This document shows, one piece after another, positions 37,643 through 46,547 of a stretch of DNA of 64,000 bases. The notes beneath the pieces are model-generated. The model was not told where the DNA came from. It saw nothing but the letters and a program-made list of their open reading frames with translations, and ran no database searches. The DNA is from Pseudomonadota bacterium (lineage in GTDB: Bacteria; Pseudomonadota; Gammaproteobacteria; Burkholderiales; SG8-39). Each line of letters opens with the position of its first letter. Position 1 is the stretch's first letter. The translations under genes were made by a program, and so were the position numbers. Where the stretch lies: positions 1,676 through 65,675 of the forward strand of contig JAPLRD010000028.1 of NCBI GenBank assembly GCA_026399375.1. Reading direction: 5' to 3'.

Positions 37643-39448
37643 ATGCATATCCGCATCTGGATCACGCTCGCCCACGACGTGGTGGCCGCGGGCATCGCCT
37701 GGTACCTCGCCTACTGGCTGCGCTTCAATACGGACATCCCGCAGTACAACGTGCCCAACATGGTGGGATCGATGCTGTGGGTGGTGCCGCTGCAGGCGCT
37801 GGTCTTCTTCATCTCCGGCATGTATCGCGGCATGTGGCGCTACGCCAGCGTGCCCGACCTGCAGCGCATCGCAGCCGCCGTGATTGTCTCTACCCTGGCC
37901 ATCGCCCTGATGCTGGTGATGCTGCCGCCGCAGCAGCCGCCGGTGCCGCGCTCGGTGATGCTGCTTGACCCGCTGCTGCTGATCATGTTTTTGGGCGGCA
38001 GCCGGCTCGCCTACCGCATGTGGAAGGAGCGCCGACTGCGCAATGTGCTCGGTGCAAACGGCATGTCGGTAATGATCCTGGGGGCGGGCGACGCCGCGCC
38101 CGCCCTGTTGAAGAATCTGGGGCGCGCAGGCGACTGGCGCGTGCTGGGCCTCCTGGACGACAACCCGGCCAAGCGCGGCCGCCAGATCCAGGGGGTGAAC
38201 ATCCTCGGCCCGCTGGAAGACCTGGTCAAACTTGCGCCGAGCATGGGGGTAGAACGCGCCATTATCGCCATGCCCTCGGCTTCCCACCAATCACGCCGGA
38301 GAGCGCTCGAGATCTGCCGCCGCGCCGGGGTGCAGGCGCTGACCGTGCCCTCCTACCAGGACCTGGTGAGCGGCAAGGTCACGACCTCGCAGGTGCGAAA
38401 CGTGGAACTGGACGACCTCCTGGGCCGCGACCCGGTGCTGCTTGACGAAACCCACCTGAAGACCTGGATCCGCGGCCGCAGCATCATGATCACCGGCGCC
38501 GGCGGGTCGATCGGCTCGGAACTGTGCCGCCAGATCGCCCGCTTCGAGCCGGCGCAGCTGGTGCTCTACGAGCACAACGAGTTCGCGCTCTACCGCATGG
38601 AGCAGGAATTTGCGCTGCAGCACCCGGAAATCGGCCTCAAATGCGTCATCGGCGACGTCAAGAACGCGGCGCGCGTGGCCGAAGCGATGGCGGCGCACCG
38701 TCCCCAGATCGTGTTCCACGCCGCCGCCTACAAGCACGTGCCGCTGATGGAACAGGAGAACGCCTGGGAGGCGATCCAGAACAACGCGCTCGGCACCTGG
38801 CGCGTGGCCGAGGCCGCCATCGTCCACGGTGTGGAGAAGTTCGTCATGATCTCCACCGACAAGGCGGTCAACGCCGAGATCGTCTGCCAGGGATTGCAGG
38901 CAGGCAGTTCGACCCGCTTCGTCATCGTGCGCTTCGGCAACGTGCTCGGCTCCACCGGCAGCGTGATCCCGAAATTCCGCGAGCAGATCGCGCGCGGCGG
39001 CCCGATCACCGTCACCCACCCCGAGATCAACCGTTACTTCATGTCGATACCGGAAGCGGCGCAGCTGGTGCTGCAGGCGGGGCTGATGGGAACGGGCGGA
39101 GAGATCTTCGTGCTCGACATGGGTGAACCGGTGAAAATCGTCGACCTTGCGCGCGAGCTCATCCGGCTCTCGGGCTACAGCGAGGCGGACATAGGCATCG
39201 AGTTCACCGGCCTGCGGCCGGGCGAAAAACTGTACGAGGAACTGCTCGCCGACGACGAACTGACGTTGGCCACCCCGCACCCGAAGCTGCGCATCGCCAA
39301 GTCGCGCCCGGCGGCGGATGCCGCATGGTTGCAGCAACTTTCCGACTGGCTGCAACAAGGCAATGCCGGAGCCGATCAAGTACGCCAGCAACTCGCCGCT
39401 CGCGTCCCCGAATACACACCTCAAGCTACATCGACTGCAATTCCCTAA
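37643..39448 (+). CDS. Membrane-bound UDP-GlcNAc 4,6-dehydratase family (CapD/PglF/WbpM-like), with an apparent 11-aa in-frame gap in the catalytic region
   Basis: It has N-terminal TM helices, the motifs ITGAGGSIGSEL, ISTDKAV and VRFGNVLGS.GSVIP. The expected P(T/P)NxMGxxKRx segment between DKAVN and AEIVCQ is missing. Confidence 0.8.
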   Translation: MHIRIWITLAHDVVAAGIAWYLAYWLRFNTDIPQYNVPNMVGSMLWVVPLQALVFFISGMYRGMWRYASVPDLQRIAAAVIVSTLAIALMLVMLPPQQPPVPRSVMLLDPLLLIMFLGGSRLAYRMWKERRLRNVLGANGMSVMILGAGDAAPALLKNLGRAGDWRVLGLLDDNPAKRGRQIQGVNILGPLEDLVKLAPSMGVERAIIAMPSASHQSRRRALEICRRAGVQALTVPSYQDLVSGKVTTSQVRNVELDDLLGRDPVLLDETHLKTWIRGRSIMITGAGGSIGSELCRQIARFEPAQLVLYEHNEFALYRMEQEFALQHPEIGLKCVIGDVKNAARVAEAMAAHRPQIVFHAAAYKHVPLMEQENAWEAIQNNALGTWRVAEAAIVHGVEKFVMISTDKAVNAEIVCQGLQAGSSTRFVIVRFGNVLGSTGSVIPKFREQIARGGPITVTHPEINRYFMSIPEAAQLVLQAGLMGTGGEIFVLDMGEPVKIVDLARELIRLSGYSEADIGIEFTGLRPGEKLYEELLADDELTLATPHPKLRIAKSRPAADAAWLQQLSDWLQQGNAGADQVRQQLAARVPEYTPQATSTAIP

Positions 39449-40448
39449 ACGCCCGCAGCGCCGCATCCAGGCTGATGTCCGCGGCATCGCGACTCTCGGG
39501 CTGCAGCAATCGGTAAGGCACGCCCCAGGGATGCCAGCGCGCCGCGTCCGAGTCGCCGAAAAAGCATAGAATCGGCTTGTCCAGGGCAGCGGCTATGTGC
39601 ATGGCGCCGCCGTCGCTGCAGATCACATAGTCTGCAAACGACAGCGCCGCGGCCAGGTCCCTGAGTTCCTGTGTCGGATAGGGAGTCAGCGCCAGCTTGC
39701 CGGCTGCATCCACCACGGCCCGCGCCTTTGCGTCATCGCCCGGATGCTGCGGATGATAGTCGGCGCCCGGCGACCACAGCAGCAGGAAATCCGCCTCGGC
39801 GCCCAGCGCCTGCATCAGCCCGGCATAGCGTTCGACCGGCCAGCGCTGGCTGGGTTTGCGCGCGCTGATGTGCAAGGCGATCAGCTTGCGCGCCGGGTCG
39901 CGCGCGCCCAGCGCCGCGCGTGCACGTTCACGTGCCTGCGCGTCCACCGCCATGCCGAGCTTGCCCGGACCGCCCTCGATGCCGAACAGCTGCGCCAACC
40001 TGAACACGTCTTCCACTTCGTGCACAGGCCCAGGCGCGGCATAGGGCAGGGCCAGGTCCACCAAGCCCGTCGGCTCGGCAAATCCCGCGACATGCGCCGG
40101 CGCGATCCAGCGCGCCAGCCGCAGCGCGCTCGCACCCGGCTGCGACGAGGCGAGCAGCACGGTATCAAAATGCTGCGCGCGCAGGTTCAGCATCAGCTTC
40201 AGCCGGTCCCAGTAAACCGCCGCAAGACTTTGTCCGGGCTGTCGGTGCTTGGCTTTCGAATAGGCGTACAGGGCATTCAGATCCGGATGCCCCTCGAGCA
40301 CCTGCCGGTTGTAAGTATTCACCAGCGCGGCGATATGCGCCTGCGGATAGCGGCGGCGCAAGGCGCTGATCAAGGGCGTGGTGCAAACCAGGTCGCCGAT
40401 GTTGTCGCGTCGTATGATCAGTATGCTGGAGTGTGGTGCGATGGCCAT
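39426..40448 (-). CDS. GT9-family (heptosyltransferase-like) glycosyltransferase
   Basis: 340 aa. The blocks are ILIIRRDNIGDLVCTTPLISALRR and DGGAMHIAAAL. Its 3' end overlaps the PglF-like gene by 23 nt on the opposite strand. Confidence 0.8.
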   Translation of the reverse strand: MAIAPHSSILIIRRDNIGDLVCTTPLISALRRRYPQAHIAALVNTYNRQVLEGHPDLNALYAYSKAKHRQPGQSLAAVYWDRLKLMLNLRAQHFDTVLLASSQPGASALRLARWIAPAHVAGFAEPTGLVDLALPYAAPGPVHEVEDVFRLAQLFGIEGGPGKLGMAVDAQARERARAALGARDPARKLIALHISARKPSQRWPVERYAGLMQALGAEADFLLLWSPGADYHPQHPGDDAKARAVVDAAGKLALTPYPTQELRDLAAALSFADYVICSDGGAMHIAAALDKPILCFFGDSDAARWHPWGVPYRLLQPESRDAADISLDAALRAFRELQSM

Positions 40449-40530
40449 GGAGGTCCGGCGGTCGGCATTGCTACTTTCTCGGAAAGGGCAATGTTATATG
40501 GAATTCGGATTTTGTAATAAGCTCTGAGCC

Positions 40531-42012
40531 ATGCTGTTCAATTCCTACGAGTTCCTGTTCGCTTTCCTGCCGGCGACGCTTGCGCTCTATTTTCTGCTCG
40601 GCAAGCGCTCGGCCACCGCCGCGATTGGCTTTCTCGCGCTGGCGTCGCTGTTCTTCTACGGCTGGTGGAACCCGCGCTATCTGCTGCTCCTGTGCGGCTC
40701 GGTGATGTTCAACTATCTGGTCGGCCGGCGCCTGGCGCAGAACCCGGCGCGGGCAAAGGGTGACCAGGCCGCGCTCTGGCTCGGCATCGCCGGCAACCTC
40801 GCCGTCCTCGGCGCTTTCAAGTATGCGGGCTTCTTCGCCCTCAATGCGAATGCGCTCGCGGGCCTCGCACTACCGGTCCCGCATATCGTGCTGCCCCTGG
40901 GCATATCGTTCTTCACCTTCACCCAGATCGCCTATCTGGTCGACGCCTATCGCAAGGAAGTGCGCGAATACCGCTTCGTCCATTACGGCCTGTTCGTCAC
41001 CTTCTTTCCGCATCTGCTCGCAGGCCCGGTGCTGCACCACGCGGAGGTGATGCCGCAGTTCGCGCACGCGCGCAGCTTGCGTTTCGATGCCGAGAATTTC
41101 GCCGTGGGGCTGACGATCTTCGCCATCGGCCTGTTCAAGAAAGTGGTCCTCGCCGACGGCATCGCCGAGTTCGCGACGCCGGTGTTCGACGCGGCGGGGC
41201 ATGGCGCGACGCTTACCTTTCTCGCCGCCTGGGGCGGCGCGCTGAGCTACACGTTTCAGCTTTACTTCGATTTCTCCGGCTACTCCGACATGGCGATCGG
41301 CCTCGCGCGCCTGTTCGGCATCGTGTTTCCGGCGAACTTCAATTCTCCCTACAAGGCGACGTCCATCATCGACTTCTGGCGCCGCTGGCACATGACGCTG
41401 TCGCGCTTCCTGCGCGATTACCTTTACATCCCGCTAGGCGGCGGCCACTGCCATCCCTTGCGCCGGCACGCGAACCTGATGATCACCATGCTGCTGGGCG
41501 GCCTGTGGCATGGCGCCGGCTGGACCTTCGTCATCTGGGGCGGGCTGCACGGCCTGTACCTCGTCGTCAATCACGCCTGGCGCGCCGTGCACGGGCGCTG
41601 GCCGCCGACGCTCCCGCCCGCGCTCGCGCGCGTACTGGCGCAATTGCTGACCTTCGTCGCCGTGGTGGTCGCCTGGGTGTTCTTCCGCGCCGACTCGCTC
41701 GCCGCGGCGCAGGCCATGCTCGAGGGCATGGCGGGAATGCACGGCATCACCAAAGCCGATCCCTACTATTACGGCATGCCGGAGTTGAAAGGCCTGCTGC
41801 TCATGTTCGTCATCGCCTGGGGCCTGCCCAATGCGCAGCAACTGCTGCATCGCTACCGCCCGGTCATCGCCACCTACGCAGATGAAATCCTCGCGCCCGG
41901 CCGCCTGAGCTGGCGCCCCAGCGCCGCCTGGGCTTTGCTGACCTCAGCCCTGCTGATCGCGGCGGCGGTCAATCTCACCCATGTCAGCGAATTCCTCTAC
42001 TACCAGTTCTAG
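40531..42012 (+). CDS. MBOAT-family membrane O-acyltransferase (AlgI/DltB-like)
   Basis: 493 aa and multi-TM. The motifs are MLFNSYEFLFAFLP, FWRRWHMTLSRFLRDYLYIPLGG and LLGGLWHG (catalytic His region). Confidence 0.9.
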   Translation: MLFNSYEFLFAFLPATLALYFLLGKRSATAAIGFLALASLFFYGWWNPRYLLLLCGSVMFNYLVGRRLAQNPARAKGDQAALWLGIAGNLAVLGAFKYAGFFALNANALAGLALPVPHIVLPLGISFFTFTQIAYLVDAYRKEVREYRFVHYGLFVTFFPHLLAGPVLHHAEVMPQFAHARSLRFDAENFAVGLTIFAIGLFKKVVLADGIAEFATPVFDAAGHGATLTFLAAWGGALSYTFQLYFDFSGYSDMAIGLARLFGIVFPANFNSPYKATSIIDFWRRWHMTLSRFLRDYLYIPLGGGHCHPLRRHANLMITMLLGGLWHGAGWTFVIWGGLHGLYLVVNHAWRAVHGRWPPTLPPALARVLAQLLTFVAVVVAWVFFRADSLAAAQAMLEGMAGMHGITKADPYYYGMPELKGLLLMFVIAWGLPNAQQLLHRYRPVIATYADEILAPGRLSWRPSAAWALLTSALLIAAAVNLTHVSEFLYYQF

Positions 42013-42016
42013 CGCG

Positions 42017-43258
42017 ATGAGCCGCTACCTGCGCCTGCTGGCCCTGTTCGTCGCGCTGCTTGGCGCGGCGCTGGCCGGGTTCAATGCCTTCATCGATCCC
42101 TATGGCACTTTCGATCCGCCGAAGATTTCCGGCGTGAACGAACTTCCCCTGGGATTCAACCACCGGCCGCTGCTCGCAAAATCGCTGGCCGTGAGCGAAC
42201 TGCGGCCGGCGACGGTCATTCTCGGCAACTCGCGCGCCGAAGCCGCCTACGATCCGCAGCACCCCGCGATTGCCCTGCAGCCAGCCTACAACCTGGCGAT
42301 AGGCGGCGCCGGCTCAAGCATGCTGCGTCGTTATTTCCTCGAAGCACTGGCCACGGGTGGGTTGCGCCAGGTCATTCTGGCGCTAGACCTCACCATGTTC
42401 GATCCTGCGGCGAACGTGCCAGACGCAAACCTGGATACCGTGCTGCTAACCGACGCTGCAGGCAAGCCGGCAGGCGATGCCCGGCAGTGGCGGCGCCTCG
42501 CCTTCAGCCTGCTCTCCGGAACCGCAGGCTCCGACAGCTGGTGGTCGATGACGCATCAAGGCAAGCCCGTAGCCGTCTACAGCCGCGCGGGCCTGCGGGA
42601 TGAAGCCTACGACATCGCCCAGGTAACGCGCGAAGGCGGGCCGAAGCAAGCGTCACTGCGCGTCGAGTCCAGCTTCCTCGCCGGCACGCTGCGCGATGTC
42701 GGATCTGAAAAATTTCGAGCGAGCTATGCCGCGACCCTGGCGGCCCTGCAGGAGATGATCGACCTCAGCGCCAGGCACGGCATACAGCTGAAGCTGATCA
42801 TCAACCCCATTCACGCGCGCCAGAATTATGCGCTCGCGGCCGCCGGCCTGTGGCCTATGAACGAGAACTGGAAGCGCGATCTGGTTACCGCCACGCAGCG
42901 CTCGCTGCGGCCGGAACTGGTCTCGCTATGGGACTTCAGCGGCGTCAGTTCCTGCACCGCGGAAAACCTGCCGGCAGTTGCAAATGCGGCAGTGACCATG
43001 CGCTGGTACCGGGAGTCCTCCCACTTCCGGCGCGTGCTCGGCAATCGCGTACTCGATCAAGTCTTCGGACGCACCAACGATGACGACAGCGACGGCGCCT
43101 GCCCCGGCTTGGGCCAGCGACTGGAACCCGCGACGCTGGCTGCTGCGCTGGCGGCGCAGCGCGCCGCGCTGCGAGACTGGATTGAAACGCATGCGGCGGA
43201 CGCTGGCGAAATCCAGGATCTGGCGAAGCAGTTCGGCCGGACGCGGAGCGGGCAATAG
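42017..43258 (+). CDS. MBOAT-partner protein, N-terminally anchored or secreted; possible SGNH/AlgJ-AlgX-like acyl-relay protein
   Basis: The start ATG lies 5 nt after the MBOAT stop. The signal or anchor is MSRYLRLLALFVALLGAALAG. The block VILGNSRAE resembles SGNH block I. I recognise no confident family. Confidence 0.5.
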   Translation: MSRYLRLLALFVALLGAALAGFNAFIDPYGTFDPPKISGVNELPLGFNHRPLLAKSLAVSELRPATVILGNSRAEAAYDPQHPAIALQPAYNLAIGGAGSSMLRRYFLEALATGGLRQVILALDLTMFDPAANVPDANLDTVLLTDAAGKPAGDARQWRRLAFSLLSGTAGSDSWWSMTHQGKPVAVYSRAGLRDEAYDIAQVTREGGPKQASLRVESSFLAGTLRDVGSEKFRASYAATLAALQEMIDLSARHGIQLKLIINPIHARQNYALAAAGLWPMNENWKRDLVTATQRSLRPELVSLWDFSGVSSCTAENLPAVANAAVTMRWYRESSHFRRVLGNRVLDQVFGRTNDDDSDGACPGLGQRLEPATLAAALAAQRAALRDWIETHAADAGEIQDLAKQFGRTRSGQ

Positions 43259-43306
43259 GCCGCTTTCAAAGAAGCAGCGCTGCGCCTGTGGATTTCTTGC
43301 CTGACT

Positions 43307-44413
43307 CTAAATCGCGCGCAGCAGTCCAGCAAGGCGCTCGGCACGCGCGCGCCAGGTAAAACCGCGCGCTTTCTCGCGCCCCCTTTCACCCATGCGGCGT
43401 GCGCGCTCGGGGTCGGCGGCGAGGCTGCGTATGCCTTCGGCCAGGCTGGCGGGATCGCCTGGACGCACCCACACCGCCTCGTCCCCGGCCAACACCGCGC
43501 GCAGCGGCGGCAGGTCGCTCGCGACGATGGCGCAGCCTGCGGCCATGTACTCGAATAGCTTGATCGGCGAGGTGAAGCGGCTGTCCGGATCGTCGCGGTT
43601 GGGCAGTACGGCAATGCAGGTGCTCGCGAGGCCGCTCATCACCTCCTGCTGCGGTACGTGACCGCGGAATTCCAATTGCGCGCCTGCCGCCGGCGCACGG
43701 CCGCGCTCGCGCGCAAGCTGCGCCGCGTCGCCGCCGTACAGGGTGATCGTGCATCCGGGCAGGTCGGAGGACGCTTGCACCAGATCGGCCACGCCCTTCC
43801 AGCCGAAGAAGCTGCCGGCGTAAGCAATATGCGATGCGGCATGCGCCCAATCCTTTTGCGGCAATGCTTCCGGCCAATCCACGCCGTTCGGCAACACCGC
43901 GATTTCACGCTCGCCGTGGAGTTCGCGCAGGCGCGCCGCCGTGGGCAGAGAATTCGCGATCACCAGCGTCGCCGTGCGCAGCACCCGGCTTTCCATTTCG
44001 AATTGGACCGCGCGCTTTGCCGGCGGCGCGGTATCGCTGAACACCTCGTGCGCCTCGTACACCAGTTTGCGTTCGGGCCGGCTCTGCCGCAGCAGCATCG
44101 CAAGTTTCAGATGGCGCGCGAACAGGATTGCATCCGGCGCAGCCGCGATGCGTTGCTGCAGCCGCCACAGGAAAAGACGATTCGAATGGATGCCTGCCAA
44201 AGGCCAGGGCAGCGAGCGCGACAGCGGCGTCAAGCTCAGTCCGGCGGGGGTTTCGACACCGTAATACGCGAGAGGATCCAGCGGCGGATTCGGCACATAG
44301 GCCAGCTCGACTTCGATGCCCATCCGCGCCAGTTCCGCGACGCTATGCGCGACCTGCACGCCGCGCGCGCGCGCGAGCGGCAGCGGTTCGGGGAAGGCGT
44401 AGAGCAGCCGCAT
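43307..44413 (-). CDS. Glycosyltransferase family 4
   Basis: 368 aa with the GT-B fold and a C-terminal block SPIKLFEYMAAGCAIVASD. Confidence 0.8.
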   Translation of the reverse strand: MRLLYAFPEPLPLARARGVQVAHSVAELARMGIEVELAYVPNPPLDPLAYYGVETPAGLSLTPLSRSLPWPLAGIHSNRLFLWRLQQRIAAAPDAILFARHLKLAMLLRQSRPERKLVYEAHEVFSDTAPPAKRAVQFEMESRVLRTATLVIANSLPTAARLRELHGEREIAVLPNGVDWPEALPQKDWAHAASHIAYAGSFFGWKGVADLVQASSDLPGCTITLYGGDAAQLARERGRAPAAGAQLEFRGHVPQQEVMSGLASTCIAVLPNRDDPDSRFTSPIKLFEYMAAGCAIVASDLPPLRAVLAGDEAVWVRPGDPASLAEGIRSLAADPERARRMGERGREKARGFTWRARAERLAGLLRAI

Positions 44414-44423
44414 GATCCCGGCG

Positions 44424-45167
44424 CTACGCCGCCTTGACGCCTTCTATGATAATGCAGTCGCCGAACAGCACCGCGTCCGAAGTCACGCCCTGATCGGGAA
44501 AGCCGCGCTTTTTGATGTTCCTGCGGATGATGCCCGCGATCCAGTTCTCGAACACCCGCTTCACCCACTGGGGCTTGCGCAGCAGCTCGTTGGCCGAGAC
44601 TCGGGCGATCTTTACGCCGCCGCCCATCAAAAAGTAGTGCAACTGCCAGAAGTAGATCGGCGCGATGTGGGCGTCGTCGATCGGATGCACCAGCACCTTG
44701 TCCGGCTCCTGCATCAACGGGCGAAAACGCGGGAAATAGCCCGACACCAGGTATTTCAGGCGCGCATCCACCGAGAACGTGTTGGGCGTGCTGATGTAGA
44801 GCTTTCCGCCCGGCTTCAGCACGCGGCACAGCTCCTTGGTGAAGGTCCAGGGATTGTCGAAGTGCTCTATGCCCTCGATGCTGAACACGTAGTCAAAATG
44901 TCCGTCCGGAAACGGCAGCGGATGGATCACGTCGTGTCTGGCGAAGCGCACATCCGGATTGCGCAGCAGGAAGGCTTCTTCGTTGATGTCCAGGCAATCG
45001 ATGTTGTCGTACCCGGCCTTGATCAACTCCTGCGCGAACGCGCCCTGTCCTGCCGGCACGTCGAGGATGCGCCCCTTGGGCGAGCCGCGGAACAGATCCA
45101 GGACCGCCGGGTAATGAGTCTCGGTGGCCATTACCTTGAGGTCGACCCAGTCATCCTGCGCGCTCAT
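44424..45167 (-). CDS. Class I SAM-dependent methyltransferase
   Basis: 247 aa. The motifs are ILDVPAGQGAFAQEL and RVLKPGGKLYISTPN. Confidence 0.8.
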   Translation of the reverse strand: MSAQDDWVDLKVMATETHYPAVLDLFRGSPKGRILDVPAGQGAFAQELIKAGYDNIDCLDINEEAFLLRNPDVRFARHDVIHPLPFPDGHFDYVFSIEGIEHFDNPWTFTKELCRVLKPGGKLYISTPNTFSVDARLKYLVSGYFPRFRPLMQEPDKVLVHPIDDAHIAPIYFWQLHYFLMGGGVKIARVSANELLRKPQWVKRVFENWIAGIIRRNIKKRGFPDQGVTSDAVLFGDCIIIEGVKAA

Positions 45168-45311
45168 GCCGCCCTCTCGCGGGTTGGAGCAAGACCGAAA
45201 CTCTCGATCAAAAACGTATCCGTTGCCATAAACATGAAGAAGCTATCCCCCGCCCTTGTTCCAGCCGGAGAGTCTAGCAGAGTGCATCCGGCACCGATGC
45301 CCGGCTGCCCC

Positions 45312-46547
45312 TCAACGCCGTTTCACCGCCGTGTCGAACAAGGCCGCAAGCCGCTGGAACACGGACTCCGCGGTGAAATCGGCGATCATTCCGCGGCAGC
45401 GCTCGCTCCAGGCGGCCAGGCGCACGGGTTGTGCCAAAGCCTCAATCACGGACCGCTCCAAGGCAGCCGCATCGCCCGCCGCATAGACCAGGCCGCAATC
45501 GTGGCGCCGGATCCAGTCCGAGACGCCCGCAGCATCGCTGCATACCGTGGGCGTGCCTACGGCCGCCGCATCCACGGTCACCATGTTGAGGCCTTCGCAC
45601 AGCGTCGGATTCACGTTCAGGTCTGCGGCGGCCAGGTGGGCGTAGGTGTCGCGCCCGCGCAGGCGCCCGGTGAGCCGGATGCGGTCCCGCCCCGCGCTCG
45701 CATCGAGCAGGGGAAAAATGCCTTTGTCCATCCAGGAGTTTTCCGGACCCGCCAGAATCCACCAGGCATCGGGACAGACGGCGAGCACGCCCGGCCAGGC
45801 GCGGGCGAAATCCTGTATGCCCTTGGACAGATAATTGTCGGACAGCGTCACCAGCACCCGCGCCTCCTGCGGGATGCCTAGCTGAGCGCGCACCTGTTGC
45901 CGCGCCTGCACACGCTGCGCGTGCACCTCCTCGTACACCTCGCGCGCCGCGCCGATCTGGATCGGTATCTTGCTGATGCGCGCCGGATCGGCGCCGTCCT
46001 TGAGCAAGGCGCGTTCCAGCGAATCACACAGCGCCCGCAGGGCGTCGATATGCCGGATCGAGGTTTGCATCAACCAGTCCAGCTGCGGCGTGCGCCGGCG
46101 GCCGTAGCCCATGTGGGAACAATCGAGGATGTCGCCGCCGATGTAACTCGCGACCAGGGGCACACGCAGCAAGCCGCTGCGCTTCAGCAGCCCGGCCGGC
46201 ACGGCATAGGAAAATCCGTCGGTGCAATACACCAGATCGGGCGCGAAGCCGCGCACCGCCTCGCGGATAACCCACATGCGGTGGCCGAGGTTGCGGCCGT
46301 CGAAGGTCTTTCTGAAATAGCGGTCTATCGGGAATGTGAGTGCCCGCTCCGTTCCACGGCCAGGGTGATACCAGAGCGTGCGTATGCCGTCGCCGGGTTC
46401 GCGGAAATGGCCTGTCAGCAAACGCGTGCTGCGCATCCCTTCGCGCCGCTCCTCCAGCACGCACACCTCGTAGCCGCGGCGCCTGAATTCGACCAGGATC
46501 GGGTATTCGCCGCCCCAGCCCAGGGGGTGCAGGAACAGGATGCGCAT
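45312..46547 (-). CDS. Glycosyltransferase family 4
   Basis: Start chosen at MRILFLHPLGWGGEY (the track ORF extends to 46742). The E-x7-E-like block is CEGLNMVTVDAAAVGTPTV. The start forms a TAATG overlap with the upstream gene. Confidence 0.75.
   Translation of the reverse strand: MRILFLHPLGWGGEYPILVEFRRRGYEVCVLEERREGMRSTRLLTGHFREPGDGIRTLWYHPGRGTERALTFPIDRYFRKTFDGRNLGHRMWVIREAVRGFAPDLVYCTDGFSYAVPAGLLKRSGLLRVPLVASYIGGDILDCSHMGYGRRRTPQLDWLMQTSIRHIDALRALCDSLERALLKDGADPARISKIPIQIGAAREVYEEVHAQRVQARQQVRAQLGIPQEARVLVTLSDNYLSKGIQDFARAWPGVLAVCPDAWWILAGPENSWMDKGIFPLLDASAGRDRIRLTGRLRGRDTYAHLAAADLNVNPTLCEGLNMVTVDAAAVGTPTVCSDAAGVSDWIRRHDCGLVYAAGDAAALERSVIEALAQPVRLAAWSERCRGMIADFTAESVFQRLAALFDTAVKRR

Noticed and set aside
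45205-45225. TGGCAACGGATACGTTT on the minus strand upstream of the methyltransferase at 44424-45167, considered as a sigma54 (-24/-12) promoter.
   Set aside because: Only the TGGCA half resembles the -24 element. The -12 TTGC element is absent at the required spacing.
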